From positions 1-52,842 of the IMG/VR virus record IMGVR_UViG_3300027657_000003: a DNA stretch of 52,842 bases; one strand, written 5' to 3'. The position numbers and the translations under genes are program-made. This DNA is from a virus (taxonomy: Duplodnaviria; Caudoviricetes). Of the stretch, positions 8,599 to 17,750 are shown piece by piece. Under the pieces are notes generated by a model. That model was given only the letters and a program-made list of their open reading frames with translations. It was not told where the DNA came from and did not search any database. Positions within the stretch are counted from its first letter, which is position 1. Every line of letters begins with the position of its first letter.

Positions 8599-10085
8599 GC
8601 ACCGATCGGGATCAAATCGCGCATCTTGCTATCCCAGAAATCGCTGATGGCCGAGCGAATCTCGCGCCCCACCCGCTCGGCGTCAGCCGCGGTCGCACTG
8701 CCCTGCACAGTTACCGCGATGTCAGCGTTGAACTCCGGCGCGATCGTCGTGTCCCCAGTTTCCGAGGTGGATGGAAACATTGCCCGACGCGGCCGCACCG
8801 CCTCCGGGTCGGCCTGAATGAGAACGCGGCGCACCGCTCCAGGCTTGCCGCCCTCGCGCGGCACGACCCGAGCCTGCCGCTCCCGCACCGGCTCATCGGC
8901 CAGCAGGTTCGGCGCAGCCTGCTGCTCAGGGCCAAAAACGTCAATGCCCAGGAAGTCCTCGATCTCCTTCTTGGCGTCCCTGATGATGCCGCCCACCTTC
9001 TCGTCGATCCACTCTTTGGCCGCGAGGTACAGGTCCTTGAACACGCTCTCGCCGCCGGTGAAGGCGTGGTAGAGGTCCTCGACAATCAGGATTACAGCTG
9101 CAATGCCGGCGGCCAGCAGAATGAACGGCGCCAGTCCAACAAGCCACCCGGCAGCAGCGGCTATCGCCGCCTTGATGGATGCTGCCCGATACAAAAGCAT
9201 GGCCACGGTAAGCGCAGACAGCGCCGTCAGCGTCAGCGCCATATTCTCCCGCAGGACCGTGAACACGTCGAGCACGGCGCCGATGGCGTCCACCAGGAGC
9301 CGCGCTGATGCCACGATGACTTCGAGTGCCGTCTGCATGCGCTGCCGGATAAGCTGCCGATTCGCCTTTATCCAGGTGATCATCCCGCGCGCGAGCTGCT
9401 TGAGGTGTGGCAGGAGTTCGCGGACGCCCTCATTGCGAATGCCGACCAGCGCCGCCTTGATGCGCGCCTGGTCGGCGTTGAACTCGGCAAAGCTTTTCGT
9501 GGTCTCATCCGTGATGACTCCGCCCAGGTCCCGAAACTCCGTGCGAAGCTCGGCGATACCCCCGCTGCCTTTGTTCAGCAGCGGGATCATCTTGGTGCCC
9601 TCGTCGCTGAAGAGCTGCATGGTGATGGCGGTCTTCTTGCCGCCGTCCTCCATCTTGGCGTAGGCGTCGGCCACCTCGTTCATCAGCGTCTCGGCGTTCT
9701 TGAGCTTGCCGGAGGAATCCTTGACCTCGACGCCCAGGGTCTTGAACGCCTTTTTCAGGTCGTCGCTGTCCGCACTCTCGACTGCCTTCTCCTGTAGGTC
9801 CTGCAGGAATTCCGTGAGGTTATCGACCTCCACACCGGTGGTCTCGGCCGCATACGCCAGCTCCTGCATCGTGGTCGATGCGACGCCCACTCGCTGCTCG
9901 ATGTTCTTGAACTGTGACGCGGCCAAGGACGTATCCTTGATGAGCCCGGCCGCCCAGTTCACGCCCGCAAGCACGGCGAGGCCCGCCACTGCGGTCTTGA
10001 TGCCCTCGATCAGCCTGTCGCCGGTCTCGAACGACTTGGCATCAGGTCGCAACGACAGCTTGGCAAAGAGGTCCGCGACCTTCAT
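8595..10085 (-). CDS. Tail tape measure protein
   Basis: Helical Ala/Leu-rich 496 aa with hydrophobic segments; MIPLLNKGSGGIAELR; position after the chaperone. Confidence 0.88.
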   Translation of the reverse strand: MKVADLFAKLSLRPDAKSFETGDRLIEGIKTAVAGLAVLAGVNWAAGLIKDTSLAASQFKNIEQRVGVASTTMQELAYAAETTGVEVDNLTEFLQDLQEKAVESADSDDLKKAFKTLGVEVKDSSGKLKNAETLMNEVADAYAKMEDGGKKTAITMQLFSDEGTKMIPLLNKGSGGIAELRTEFRDLGGVITDETTKSFAEFNADQARIKAALVGIRNEGVRELLPHLKQLARGMITWIKANRQLIRQRMQTALEVIVASARLLVDAIGAVLDVFTVLRENMALTLTALSALTVAMLLYRAASIKAAIAAAAGWLVGLAPFILLAAGIAAVILIVEDLYHAFTGGESVFKDLYLAAKEWIDEKVGGIIRDAKKEIEDFLGIDVFGPEQQAAPNLLADEPVRERQARVVPREGGKPGAVRRVLIQADPEAVRPRRAMFPSTSETGDTTIAPEFNADIAVTVQGSATAADAERVGREIRSAISDFWDSKMRDLIPIGA

Positions 10086-10363
10086 CGACGGCGCCCCCTC
10101 TTCTTCCCTCTGGGTCTGCCCCTGTCTGCGTCGGCGCGCGCCCTCGCCACTGCACGAGCCTCGGCCGCCTGCCAGGCGTCAAGAGCCTGGTTCGCTTGCT
10201 CGATGCGTTCGAGCGGTATCCGGTCGAATTCGGTCATTGCGATCTTGTCATGCAGCCAGAGCCGCCAAACCGGCCAGCCGGCGGCCAGCTCATCGTCGAG
10301 ATCTACGGGCTCGCCATCTGCGGGCTGGTCGCAGGGCTTGCGGCGGGCCCTTTGGCGAAAAAC
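10082..10363 (-). CDS. Tail chaperone -1 frameshift extension (gpT-like part)
   Basis: -1 frame open from G-TTT-TTC to a TGA overlapping the tape measure ATG; WPVWRLWL..IEQANQALDAW. Confidence 0.8.
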   Translation of the reverse strand, partial: VFRQRARRKPCDQPADGEPVDLDDELAAGWPVWRLWLHDKIAMTEFDRIPLERIEQANQALDAWQAAEARAVARARADADRGRPRGKKRGRRR

Positions 10364-10743
10364 TCGCCATAGTTCACCCCCACGGCAAAGGCCACGGCCA
10401 AGACCATGGCCTTGAGCCTGCCGGCGAACACCATGGTCAGCGTCTCGTCACGGTTGAGCTGGACCATCTTGCCGTCCAGCAGCGCAGTCGTGCTCGCGAG
10501 CAGCGCCCGGGTGAGCGCCGTTGCCTCGTCGCCGCTCAGGGTGTCGAGCATCTGCACCAAGGCCGGCACCAACTCGCGCACGTCGCTGTCCATGGAGACG
10601 CCGTCGAGCGCCAGCATGGGCGCGATGACCTTGCCCAACCGCGGCATCAGCGCAAGCGCCCGAAGCGGCGGCAGCTGGGTCGTCGTGATCTCGATGCCCT
10701 CGATATCGCGCGTCTCGGTGCGCAGTCCCTCATTCATTTTCAT
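10303..10743 (-). CDS. Tail assembly chaperone (gpG-like)
   Basis: Between tube and tape measure; ends VNYGEFFAKG. Confidence 0.85.
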   Translation of the reverse strand: MKMNEGLRTETRDIEGIEITTTQLPPLRALALMPRLGKVIAPMLALDGVSMDSDVRELVPALVQMLDTLSGDEATALTRALLASTTALLDGKMVQLNRDETLTMVFAGRLKAMVLAVAFAVGVNYGEFFAKGPAASPATSPQMASP

Positions 10744-11171
10744 CGCAGGTTACCTCCGACGTTCATCTCGAGCTCGGCGCACGCGAATACCCATTCGCGG
10801 CCGGTGGCCGTATCCGCATATTCGAGGTTTGGCAGCTTCTGAATCCAGGCGTTCGCCGCCTGGGCCAGCGATGTGCCGTTGAGGTCCTTGAGCAGCAGCG
10901 GCCCATCGCCCGTATTGAAAAGCTCGTCTTCGAGCGCCACGGCGCTCAGCAAATCATTGGTGGGCGAGGCCTGCAGCAGCGTGCATGTCACCGTGCCCAT
11001 GCGGTTCCGGTTGCGCACGCGAGTCACGTCGCCGCCGGCGCCGACGACCGTCTCATAGGCGTCCTCGGACCGCTCCGCACTGATAAAGGTGCCGTCAATA
11101 TAGCCCTGCAGGGTGATGCCGCGGAACGTGAAGATCACCAGGGCGGGATCAAAATTCTTGTAATCTGGCAT
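10740..11171 (-). CDS. Tail tube protein (DUF3277-like)
   Basis: VGAGGDV..GTVTCTLLQASPTND..LLLKDLNG..REWVF. Confidence 0.9.
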   Translation of the reverse strand: MPDYKNFDPALVIFTFRGITLQGYIDGTFISAERSEDAYETVVGAGGDVTRVRNRNRMGTVTCTLLQASPTNDLLSAVALEDELFNTGDGPLLLKDLNGTSLAQAANAWIQKLPNLEYADTATGREWVFACAELEMNVGGNLR

Positions 11172-11179
11172 AGGTCACC

Positions 11180-12802
11180 TCAGAGCAGAACGACGCCGTT
11201 GATCTCGCCGCTATGAATGGCGCCTTGCAGCGTGAACGAAAAGAAGATCCGCACACCCCGCGGCAGCAGGTCATCCATATCGGCGATAAGCGGCACCTCG
11301 ATGGTGAAGGCCGGGTCTGTCGCCACGATTGTCCGCGTCACGCCGCGCAGCAGCGACCCGCGCACCTCGGCCTCGATAACCGTCATGCCGGCATCCGTGC
11401 GCGGCACCTTTGCGGCCCCGGCCAGCGAGCCGAAGACCCCCTTGGCCATGTCGTCCTCTTGCCAGTCGAGCGACACCACGTTGTCCACGAAGCCGCGAAT
11501 CACCGCCGGGCCGGCCGCGGTCGTGCCCTCGGATACGATGTTGATGCCCGCCACCTCCTCGTAGAAGTTGGCGTTCCGCGCGACCAGATTGGCCCGCTGC
11601 GTGGCGGTGAGCGTGGTGGCCGCGATGCCGGCCAGCGTCTTGAATTTGCCGGTCCAGCTTCCGGGCTCACGCGGGGCCAGGTTGCCCTCCCATGCTGCGT
11701 CCGGGAACGAGGCGATGTTGTGGTGATAGAATCCGGCCGTCCGCGTCCGCGCCGCGGCCTTCAGGACATCCAGCGTGCCGGCCGTGCCGGTGCTGGTGCC
11801 GAGGTCGCGGGTGTCGTTGCTGCCGGCGACATAGAATTTCTTCGCCGACTCCACCCATGTGGACACCGCGTCGACGTAGGCCTCGCTGTTGTAGAGCGTA
11901 TGCAGCCAGTACCAGGTGTTGTCGACGAGCTGGATCGCGGCCAGGTCCGTGGCCACGCCCGGGTCGGCGTGGTCCATGGTCATGGACAGTTCCGTGACAT
12001 CGAGGAGCTCGAGGGCGAACCAGTCGCCGACAGCATCTCCGGTCACCGTGAATGGCTCGTCTGGGCGTTTGGTGGACGCGGTGTCGGCCAGCGTGTGGGT
12101 GCCCGTGCCGACATCGGTGATATCCACCAGGGTGCCTGCGATGGCATTCGCCAGCGAGCTCGCCACCTGAATTGTGTCGTTATCGACGCGAATCACCCAG
12201 TAATCGGTGGCGAGCGACAGCCCGGCCGGCAGCGTGTCCGTCGTCGTGAACTGCACCGGGCCATCCCCGGTGAGCAGCCCGTGGGCGGTCAGCGTCAATT
12301 CGTCGTCGCCGGTATCCACCGCCTCCACGTCGTCATCGGCCACGACCAGGGCCGCAAACGCCGCGGTGAAGTTTTTGCCGACCACGGCATTCAGCGCCGC
12401 CACGAGCCCGACGTGAATCTCTGCACGAAAAGCGCTCGCTACCGACTCATACGAGGCCAACGTGGTGGTCACGCCCTCGCCCCGGGCGCGCACCTCATAG
12501 TCGTGCTCGTTCCGGATATCGATCGCGTCGAGCTCATAGCGCATCGTCGGCGGCAACTCGCCGCGAAGGATGGCGATGGAACGCGGCCGCGGGCTCTGGG
12601 CCGCCATGGCGCTGACGGCCAAATACTCCGGCGAGCTTGTGGCAAAGCCATCGGCCGCCACCTCGGCTGGCCGCGAGTAAAATCGGACGCGCTCCGGCCA
12701 CAGCGTGGTGTAGCTGAGGATTGCCGGGATCCCGAACCCCGCGCGGGCCACGCTTACGGCATCGGCGGTGATGACGAGATCTACATGATTTGCCAAGCTC
12801 AT
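11180..12802 (-). CDS. Contractile tail sheath (DUF3383-like) with inserted domain
   Basis: ERVRFYS..DGF..SPEY; PGSWTGKFKTLAGI; KVPRTDAGM; LQGAIH. Confidence 0.92.
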   Translation of the reverse strand: MSLANHVDLVITADAVSVARAGFGIPAILSYTTLWPERVRFYSRPAEVAADGFATSSPEYLAVSAMAAQSPRPRSIAILRGELPPTMRYELDAIDIRNEHDYEVRARGEGVTTTLASYESVASAFRAEIHVGLVAALNAVVGKNFTAAFAALVVADDDVEAVDTGDDELTLTAHGLLTGDGPVQFTTTDTLPAGLSLATDYWVIRVDNDTIQVASSLANAIAGTLVDITDVGTGTHTLADTASTKRPDEPFTVTGDAVGDWFALELLDVTELSMTMDHADPGVATDLAAIQLVDNTWYWLHTLYNSEAYVDAVSTWVESAKKFYVAGSNDTRDLGTSTGTAGTLDVLKAAARTRTAGFYHHNIASFPDAAWEGNLAPREPGSWTGKFKTLAGIAATTLTATQRANLVARNANFYEEVAGINIVSEGTTAAGPAVIRGFVDNVVSLDWQEDDMAKGVFGSLAGAAKVPRTDAGMTVIEAEVRGSLLRGVTRTIVATDPAFTIEVPLIADMDDLLPRGVRIFFSFTLQGAIHSGEINGVVLL

Positions 12803-13374
12803 GGCGAAGGCTCCTCTGGGACCCAGGTGATTGATCCCGTTGTCTGGTTGTTGAGCTCCACGTACTCGATATAGGTCCCGAGATCGCTGAGCTCGCTGGG
12901 CAAGTGCAGGCGCATCTCGACCAGCGCCCGCGGCTCCTGGTCGGCGCGCCCAAGAAGGCCATCCAGTGACTGCACCGGGCCAATCGCGCCGACCCCGACC
13001 TTTGCCGCCTGCAGCGCCGAGCGCACCGAGGGCAGCCGCACCGCGGCCACCATGCCTTCGAGCAAAGCCACCGGCGACGTCGCCCCTGTCGCCGCGCCGT
13101 CGATGCCGCCGAAGGCCTGCACCGAGAAAGCAACGTCGCGCATGCCGCGGGCGCGGTGCTCTATTTCCTCGCCCGGGTCCGGATCGTCCACATCGAGCAC
13201 GTCGAGCCAGTCATGGCCGATGCGCGCAATTGATGTCAGACGCAGCGCGATATATGCGCTTGTCGGCCGCGGACCCCTTTGCAATGCCCAGATAACCTGG
13301 GCAGTGGCAAGCCCACTGCCAGCCACAGCCCACGCATGCAGGGCGTTCTCGACCGTGGTCCACGCAATGCTCAC
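12799..13374 (-). CDS. Neck / tail terminator protein
   Basis: Position before the sheath; VIWALQRGPRP..YIAL; GTG start 13374. Confidence 0.75.
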   Translation of the reverse strand: MSIAWTTVENALHAWAVAGSGLATAQVIWALQRGPRPTSAYIALRLTSIARIGHDWLDVLDVDDPDPGEEIEHRARGMRDVAFSVQAFGGIDGAATGATSPVALLEGMVAAVRLPSVRSALQAAKVGVGAIGPVQSLDGLLGRADQEPRALVEMRLHLPSELSDLGTYIEYVELNNQTTGSITWVPEEPSP

Positions 13375-13727
13375 GGGGTAACCCTCCGGGCGCACCACGC
13401 GCGAAAATGCGTGCCGCCAAAAGCCTGCCAGCGCTCGAACCTGACCACATGCCACGGCTCGCTGTCGATCGTGACGACATCCGGCTCGCTACCCGGCGCG
13501 CGCGTGCGCAGCTCCGTGGTCGTGTACACGATGCGCAACTCGTCGGCGTGGTGGCCCTCGGGCACCTTCTTCAGGTCACGTCCGGTCACCGGCTGCACCG
13601 AGGCCTCGATGGAAAACGTGCTCGTGCCCCCGGCCGCATACCGACCGACCGTGTATGCGCCAGCGGCGGTCCGCGTGACCGAATAGGTCCCAGTGGCAAA
13701 GCTCGCTATGACATCGACCAGCGCCAC
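13371..13727 (-). CDS. Head closure / head-tail adaptor
   Basis: IEASVQPVTGRDLKKVPEG motif; GTG start 13727. Confidence 0.8.
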   Translation of the reverse strand: MALVDVIASFATGTYSVTRTAAGAYTVGRYAAGGTSTFSIEASVQPVTGRDLKKVPEGHHADELRIVYTTTELRTRAPGSEPDVVTIDSEPWHVVRFERWQAFGGTHFRAWCARRVTP

Positions 13728-14245
13728 TATGCCCCCCGCGTCTTGATGAAGCGCCCGCCGCTGTCGCGACCGCGCCCGAGCCAGACCTTCCAGGTGATGC
13801 TGTTCAGCAGCCGCCCGGTGTCCACCAGTGGCCGGTCGCTGCCCTTGGCCTCGACCGTGGCAGGCTTCAGCGGCGGCGGTATATGCTCGCCGGTGATCCG
13901 GTTCTTGATGGCCGCCGCGCCCCACGCGCCCAGCATGTTCAGGGCGCGCTCGTAGGTGATCCTGCCGCTGATGTAGGCTTTGGCGAGCTTGGCGGCCATC
14001 GCCTTGTATTCGCGCTCCTGCTCGCGCATCGCACGCCGCAAAAAAGAGCGCTCGGGTATCTTGGCCCGCGGCGCGCCGAATTCATGAACGGCCGCGAGCT
14101 CGACAATGCTGAGCTGGCCATCACCGTGCTGTTGCGCGCCGCCCGCGCTCTGCAGAACCCCGACCTTCACATGCGACTCGCGCCCCGGCCTCGAATGGGC
14201 CCGGGCGTGCCGCATGATCTGGTCCCAGATGGAGGCCCTGGCCAT
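13727..14245 (-). CDS. Neck / tail completion protein
   Basis: VKVGV..AAVHEFGAPRAKIPERSFLR..KGSDRPLVDTGRL. Confidence 0.88.
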   Translation of the reverse strand: MARASIWDQIMRHARAHSRPGRESHVKVGVLQSAGGAQQHGDGQLSIVELAAVHEFGAPRAKIPERSFLRRAMREQEREYKAMAAKLAKAYISGRITYERALNMLGAWGAAAIKNRITGEHIPPPLKPATVEAKGSDRPLVDTGRLLNSITWKVWLGRGRDSGGRFIKTRGA

Positions 14246-14248
14246 CGC

Positions 14249-14599
14249 TCAGCCCTCCCTGCCCAGCGGGCGCCATCGGCGATAGAGACGGCGCCAATAT
14301 GGATAGGCAATGAAAAGCACCGCCCCCACCAGCGCGCTCCAGGCCTCCAGAAGCACGAAATACTGAACCCAGACGGCTTCCTTCGCCAGCCAGTAGCGAT
14401 TCAGCCACTGATGGCAATCGACCCCGGCCTGCTCGCGGGCAGCTTCCTGCTCCTGCAGCCTGTCGGCCACGGACATGTGCCGCGAGCTCAGCCAGACGGC
14501 AACGGCGCCAATCCACTCGGCCGCCGCTCCGCCGCTGGCAATGACCGTGACCGCCAAGGCCATGGCCATGACTGTCGCCTCGATGTGCCAGGTCTTCAT
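14249..14599 (-). CDS. Multi-TM membrane protein inserted in the neck cluster
   Basis: 3-4 hydrophobic segments, basic C-tail; ATGA-like coupling to the upstream gene. Confidence 0.7.
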   Translation of the reverse strand: MKTWHIEATVMAMALAVTVIASGGAAAEWIGAVAVWLSSRHMSVADRLQEQEAAREQAGVDCHQWLNRYWLAKEAVWVQYFVLLEAWSALVGAVLFIAYPYWRRLYRRWRPLGREG

Positions 14600-14961
14600 A
14601 GCGCCACCCCCGCTCGCGCCGGCGAGCGACGCACCAAAGACATATACGCTTGGCCGTATCCTGTCGTGGCCATCTCGTCGCCGCTCCCGCCGCTCGTCAC
14701 CAATCCATACGACCTGCTCAGCCCGCCGGCGCTCTCCGATGTCACTGGCCCAGCCGGTCCGGTTCCGCCGCGGGCCGTGACGGTGCCATAGTGTGCAGCC
14801 ATGTAGATGCGGGCCAGCCGGAGCGTAGCTGATCCCTCGCCGCCAAATTCCACGACCGCCAGCGCCTGGTTGACGTAGTTCAGGATGATCGTCTGAGCGT
14901 CCTCGCTCAGCGAGGCCAGCTCCGGCGCAATGTCCTCGACATCATCCCAGGTGATCGCCAT
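14596..14961 (-). CDS. Head-tail connector (DUF4054-like)
   Basis: IAPEL..YMAAHY..GPVTSESAGGLSRSY..TGYGQAY. Confidence 0.9.
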   Translation of the reverse strand: MAITWDDVEDIAPELASLSEDAQTIILNYVNQALAVVEFGGEGSATLRLARIYMAAHYGTVTARGGTGPAGPVTSESAGGLSRSYGLVTSGGSGDEMATTGYGQAYMSLVRRSPARAGVAL

Positions 14962-14965
14962 ACGC

Positions 14966-15622
14966 TCACACCCTCACCGGCCGCGTGAGATAAATCTCCG
15001 CAGTCACGGCCGCGCTCACGGTGCCGACAAGCGCATATGCCAGCGCCCGCGGCCGATGCCCGAGGCGCGCCGTATACCCCTTGTTGACGGTCAGCGCGAC
15101 TGCGCCATCGCCGTCATGCCCCAGTAGGCCATGACTCAGCCAGCGCAGCCGCTGTGTGTCGTCGGTATCGCTGATCGTGTGCGTCCCGGTGCCGGCGTCT
15201 CCGATGGCAACCGCGTCGCCGCCGGCAAGAACGTCGGCAAGCGTGGCGTACAGCTGGACAGTGTTCGCATCCACCACGCCAATCCAGTAATCGGTGGCCA
15301 GCGCCAGGCCGGCCGGCAGCGTGTCCGTCGTCGTGAGGCGAACGGGCCCATCGCCATTGGCGTATCCGTGTCCGGTCACCGTGAGCTCGTCATCCGCAAA
15401 GACCACCGCGTCCACATCGTCATCGGCAATGGCAAACGGCTTTGCCACCGCGCCAACAAGTTCGATGGAGCTACCCGTCACCGCCTCGTCAGCCCAGATC
15501 TCGATGTCAAACTCCGGGTGGACGCCGCGCCAATGCGACACGTCGGCCCATGACACCGGCGGCATAGGCAACGTCGCGGCTGCTGCCGCAATCGTCACCC
15601 CAGATGCAAGCTCGATCGCCAT
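14966..15622 (-). CDS. Putative virion protein carrying the same inserted domain as the sheath
   Basis: Follows the capsid gene; HGYANGDGPVRLTTTDTLPAGLALATDYW module. Confidence 0.75.
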   Translation of the reverse strand: MAIELASGVTIAAAAATLPMPPVSWADVSHWRGVHPEFDIEIWADEAVTGSSIELVGAVAKPFAIADDDVDAVVFADDELTVTGHGYANGDGPVRLTTTDTLPAGLALATDYWIGVVDANTVQLYATLADVLAGGDAVAIGDAGTGTHTISDTDDTQRLRWLSHGLLGHDGDGAVALTVNKGYTARLGHRPRALAYALVGTVSAAVTAEIYLTRPVRV

Positions 15623-15631
15623 GCGCTCAGC

Positions 15632-16579
15632 TCAGAGCCCGTCCCCGTAGGCCACGGCCACCGGATAGCGGCACACGACGCCGCCGACCGTCGCCAGCGC
15701 GTTAACCACGTATTCGAGGTTCCGCTGCTCGGGCGGCAGCGTGGTGTATTCCATGGGCACCAGACCGGCCAGTACGAGCTGGTTCCGAGGATAAACCACC
15801 ATCCGGTCCGCGCTTGCGGCGCCGGCGCCGCTGCACTGATGCCACGGCTCGATCGCCTCGATGAACGGGCTGTTGTCGAGGATGAATCGCAGGATGGTCT
15901 TGTCGGAGCCGTCGCCCATGCGCCGCTGGGCGATATCCGTGTACTGAGATACCGGAAGAACCACCACGAACCGCGAGAACACCGGGCCGCCGGCATCCTT
16001 CATGGCGTTTTTGATGGCCGTGACGGCGCCAAAGACATCGGCTGCGACCTCGTCGCTGGTCGCGCTGCTCCACGCCTTGCCGCCGGCAGCCTTGTCCGCC
16101 AGCGTATATGACGTGGTATTGCTGAGGGTCAGCAAACCGTCGAGGTTGTGATCGCTGTCGCCGACGGCTAGCAGGTTGTCGATACCGACCTCGATCGCAT
16201 ACCGCGCAGACATCGCCTTCATCGCGTCGAGCCGCGTGCCGGTGGCAGCAGCAGCCTTGATCTCCATGATATCCCAGCCGTAGGCGCTCGGAATTGCCTT
16301 TATAACCCTGGAGAACTCGGTGCCGGTCACGTCGGCGCGCGGGATGTCGTCGGCCATATTGGCTGCGATCGTCGCTTTGCCGAACTTCGTGAACTCGCGC
16401 CAGGTGTACACCTTGGCCCACTCGGGAATGCCCGCCTGAGTGGGGATGAGCTGGCGCGCCTTGTTATCCGGAAAAATCTGCTCGTATACCGTGCGATCGA
16501 TATACTCGAGCTCACGTGTGAAGAACGCCGATTCCGCGGAATCCAGGCGAAACTGCTTCTGTAGAGTATTCGGTGCCAT
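15632..16579 (-). CDS. Major capsid protein (DUF2184, HK97-like)
   Basis: FFTRELEYID..DDIPRAD..YGW..DRMVVY..GGVVCRYPVA; start MAPNT at 16579. Confidence 0.95.
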   Translation of the reverse strand: MAPNTLQKQFRLDSAESAFFTRELEYIDRTVYEQIFPDNKARQLIPTQAGIPEWAKVYTWREFTKFGKATIAANMADDIPRADVTGTEFSRVIKAIPSAYGWDIMEIKAAAATGTRLDAMKAMSARYAIEVGIDNLLAVGDSDHNLDGLLTLSNTTSYTLADKAAGGKAWSSATSDEVAADVFGAVTAIKNAMKDAGGPVFSRFVVVLPVSQYTDIAQRRMGDGSDKTILRFILDNSPFIEAIEPWHQCSGAGAASADRMVVYPRNQLVLAGLVPMEYTTLPPEQRNLEYVVNALATVGGVVCRYPVAVAYGDGL

Positions 16580-16587
16580 ATGGAATC

Positions 16588-17115
16588 TCACGTATCCGCG
16601 GTCGCGCCCGCGCGGTTGGTCATGTCGATTTCGAGCTCGGCCACGCCGGCGGCAGTGCCGGACGCCGTCCACCGCGCAAACGAGGAGATGTCGATGCAAT
16701 CGGTGCCATCGGCGGCCGTACGAAAAGCGCCGGCCTGCTCCGCACCGCTCACGACCACGCGCACGCGCACGGCGTCGCCGGGCGCCACATCCTCCTCGAC
16801 AGGCACCAGGATGCGTCCGTGGGTGAGCACTCCCATCGTCACCTTGGGCTTGAGCCCGTCGTCGCCGAGCTCCTGATCCTTGGCGTATGCGTGGCTGTGC
16901 TGCACGATGCCGAGCAGCTTCTGCTCGTTGTCGGCCGCGCTCGTGTGAGGCAGGAGAGCCTGATTGTCGGCGGTGCCCTGCACCACCATGACGCCGAAGG
17001 GAATCTCGGCGCTTGATTCCTCGCTCACATAGGAGCGAGTGTTCTTGTGATAACTGGTATCGACCAGCATCCCCGCATAGCCGCGGGTCAAAGCTGTGAC
17101 TGATGTCTGGGGCAT
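16588..17115 (-). CDS. Capsid decoration / cement protein
   Basis: GYAGML..IPFGVMVVQG..GVLTHGRILV; SD GAGGAG. Confidence 0.85.
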   Translation of the reverse strand: MPQTSVTALTRGYAGMLVDTSYHKNTRSYVSEESSAEIPFGVMVVQGTADNQALLPHTSAADNEQKLLGIVQHSHAYAKDQELGDDGLKPKVTMGVLTHGRILVPVEEDVAPGDAVRVRVVVSGAEQAGAFRTAADGTDCIDISSFARWTASGTAAGVAELEIDMTNRAGATADT

Positions 17116-17126
17116 AGGCTCCTCGG

Positions 17127-17750
17127 TCAGGCGGTCTGCTGACCCGCCGGCTTCCACGCGTTCTGGTTGCGCTCGATCATCTTCTGGCGCGCCGACACCG
17201 CGTCATTGCGCTCCTGCTTGCCGGTCTCGGCCACCTTGCGGGCCCGGGCCAGGGCCTCGCGGCCCTGCGCAAAGCTCTCGGTCGCCGAGTCGAACCGCGC
17301 GCGCACGTAATCGTCCGAATGGGTATCGTTGACCACAGCGCCCTGCAGCTTCTCGATGACCGCGACCATCACCTGGCGGTCGCTCAGCGAGTCGAAGCGC
17401 GCTTCGTCGCCGAGCACCGTCACCGCCTTGCCCTCGAGCTGCACGCGGGCCTGCACAGCCTTGCGAATGCGCTCCGGGTCATCGGCATCCATCCGAGCTT
17501 TCTCGGCCCGGCGCAGGCGATCGGTGAGCCCCTTGATCGTGTCCTTGAGCTGGGCCACATCGGCGCTGTCCACGCGCTCTTTGGCCATCTCGTCGTATTT
17601 GGCCTTCAGGCTGTCGCGCTCGCCGCTCGCCGCATCGGCGCGCTGCTTTTGGTCATCGCGCTCCTTCTCCGCCTGCTCCGCGCGCGACGTGAGCGCAGCG
17701 ACCTGGGCCAGCAGGTCCTGGAGCTGCGCCTTCATTTCCTCTTCGTTCAT
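17127..17750 (-). CDS. Capsid scaffolding protein
   Basis: Coiled coil; SDDYVRARFD motif typical of the DUF2213 C-terminal part; SD GGAG. Confidence 0.8.
   Translation of the reverse strand: MNEEEMKAQLQDLLAQVAALTSRAEQAEKERDDQKQRADAASGERDSLKAKYDEMAKERVDSADVAQLKDTIKGLTDRLRRAEKARMDADDPERIRKAVQARVQLEGKAVTVLGDEARFDSLSDRQVMVAVIEKLQGAVVNDTHSDDYVRARFDSATESFAQGREALARARKVAETGKQERNDAVSARQKMIERNQNAWKPAGQQTA

Noticed and set aside
11213-12874. 553-aa plus-strand ORF, and similar long ORFs at 6881-8326, 31327-32931, 42251-43714 and 49504-51333
   Set aside because: Antisense shadows of real genes in GC-rich DNA; no motifs
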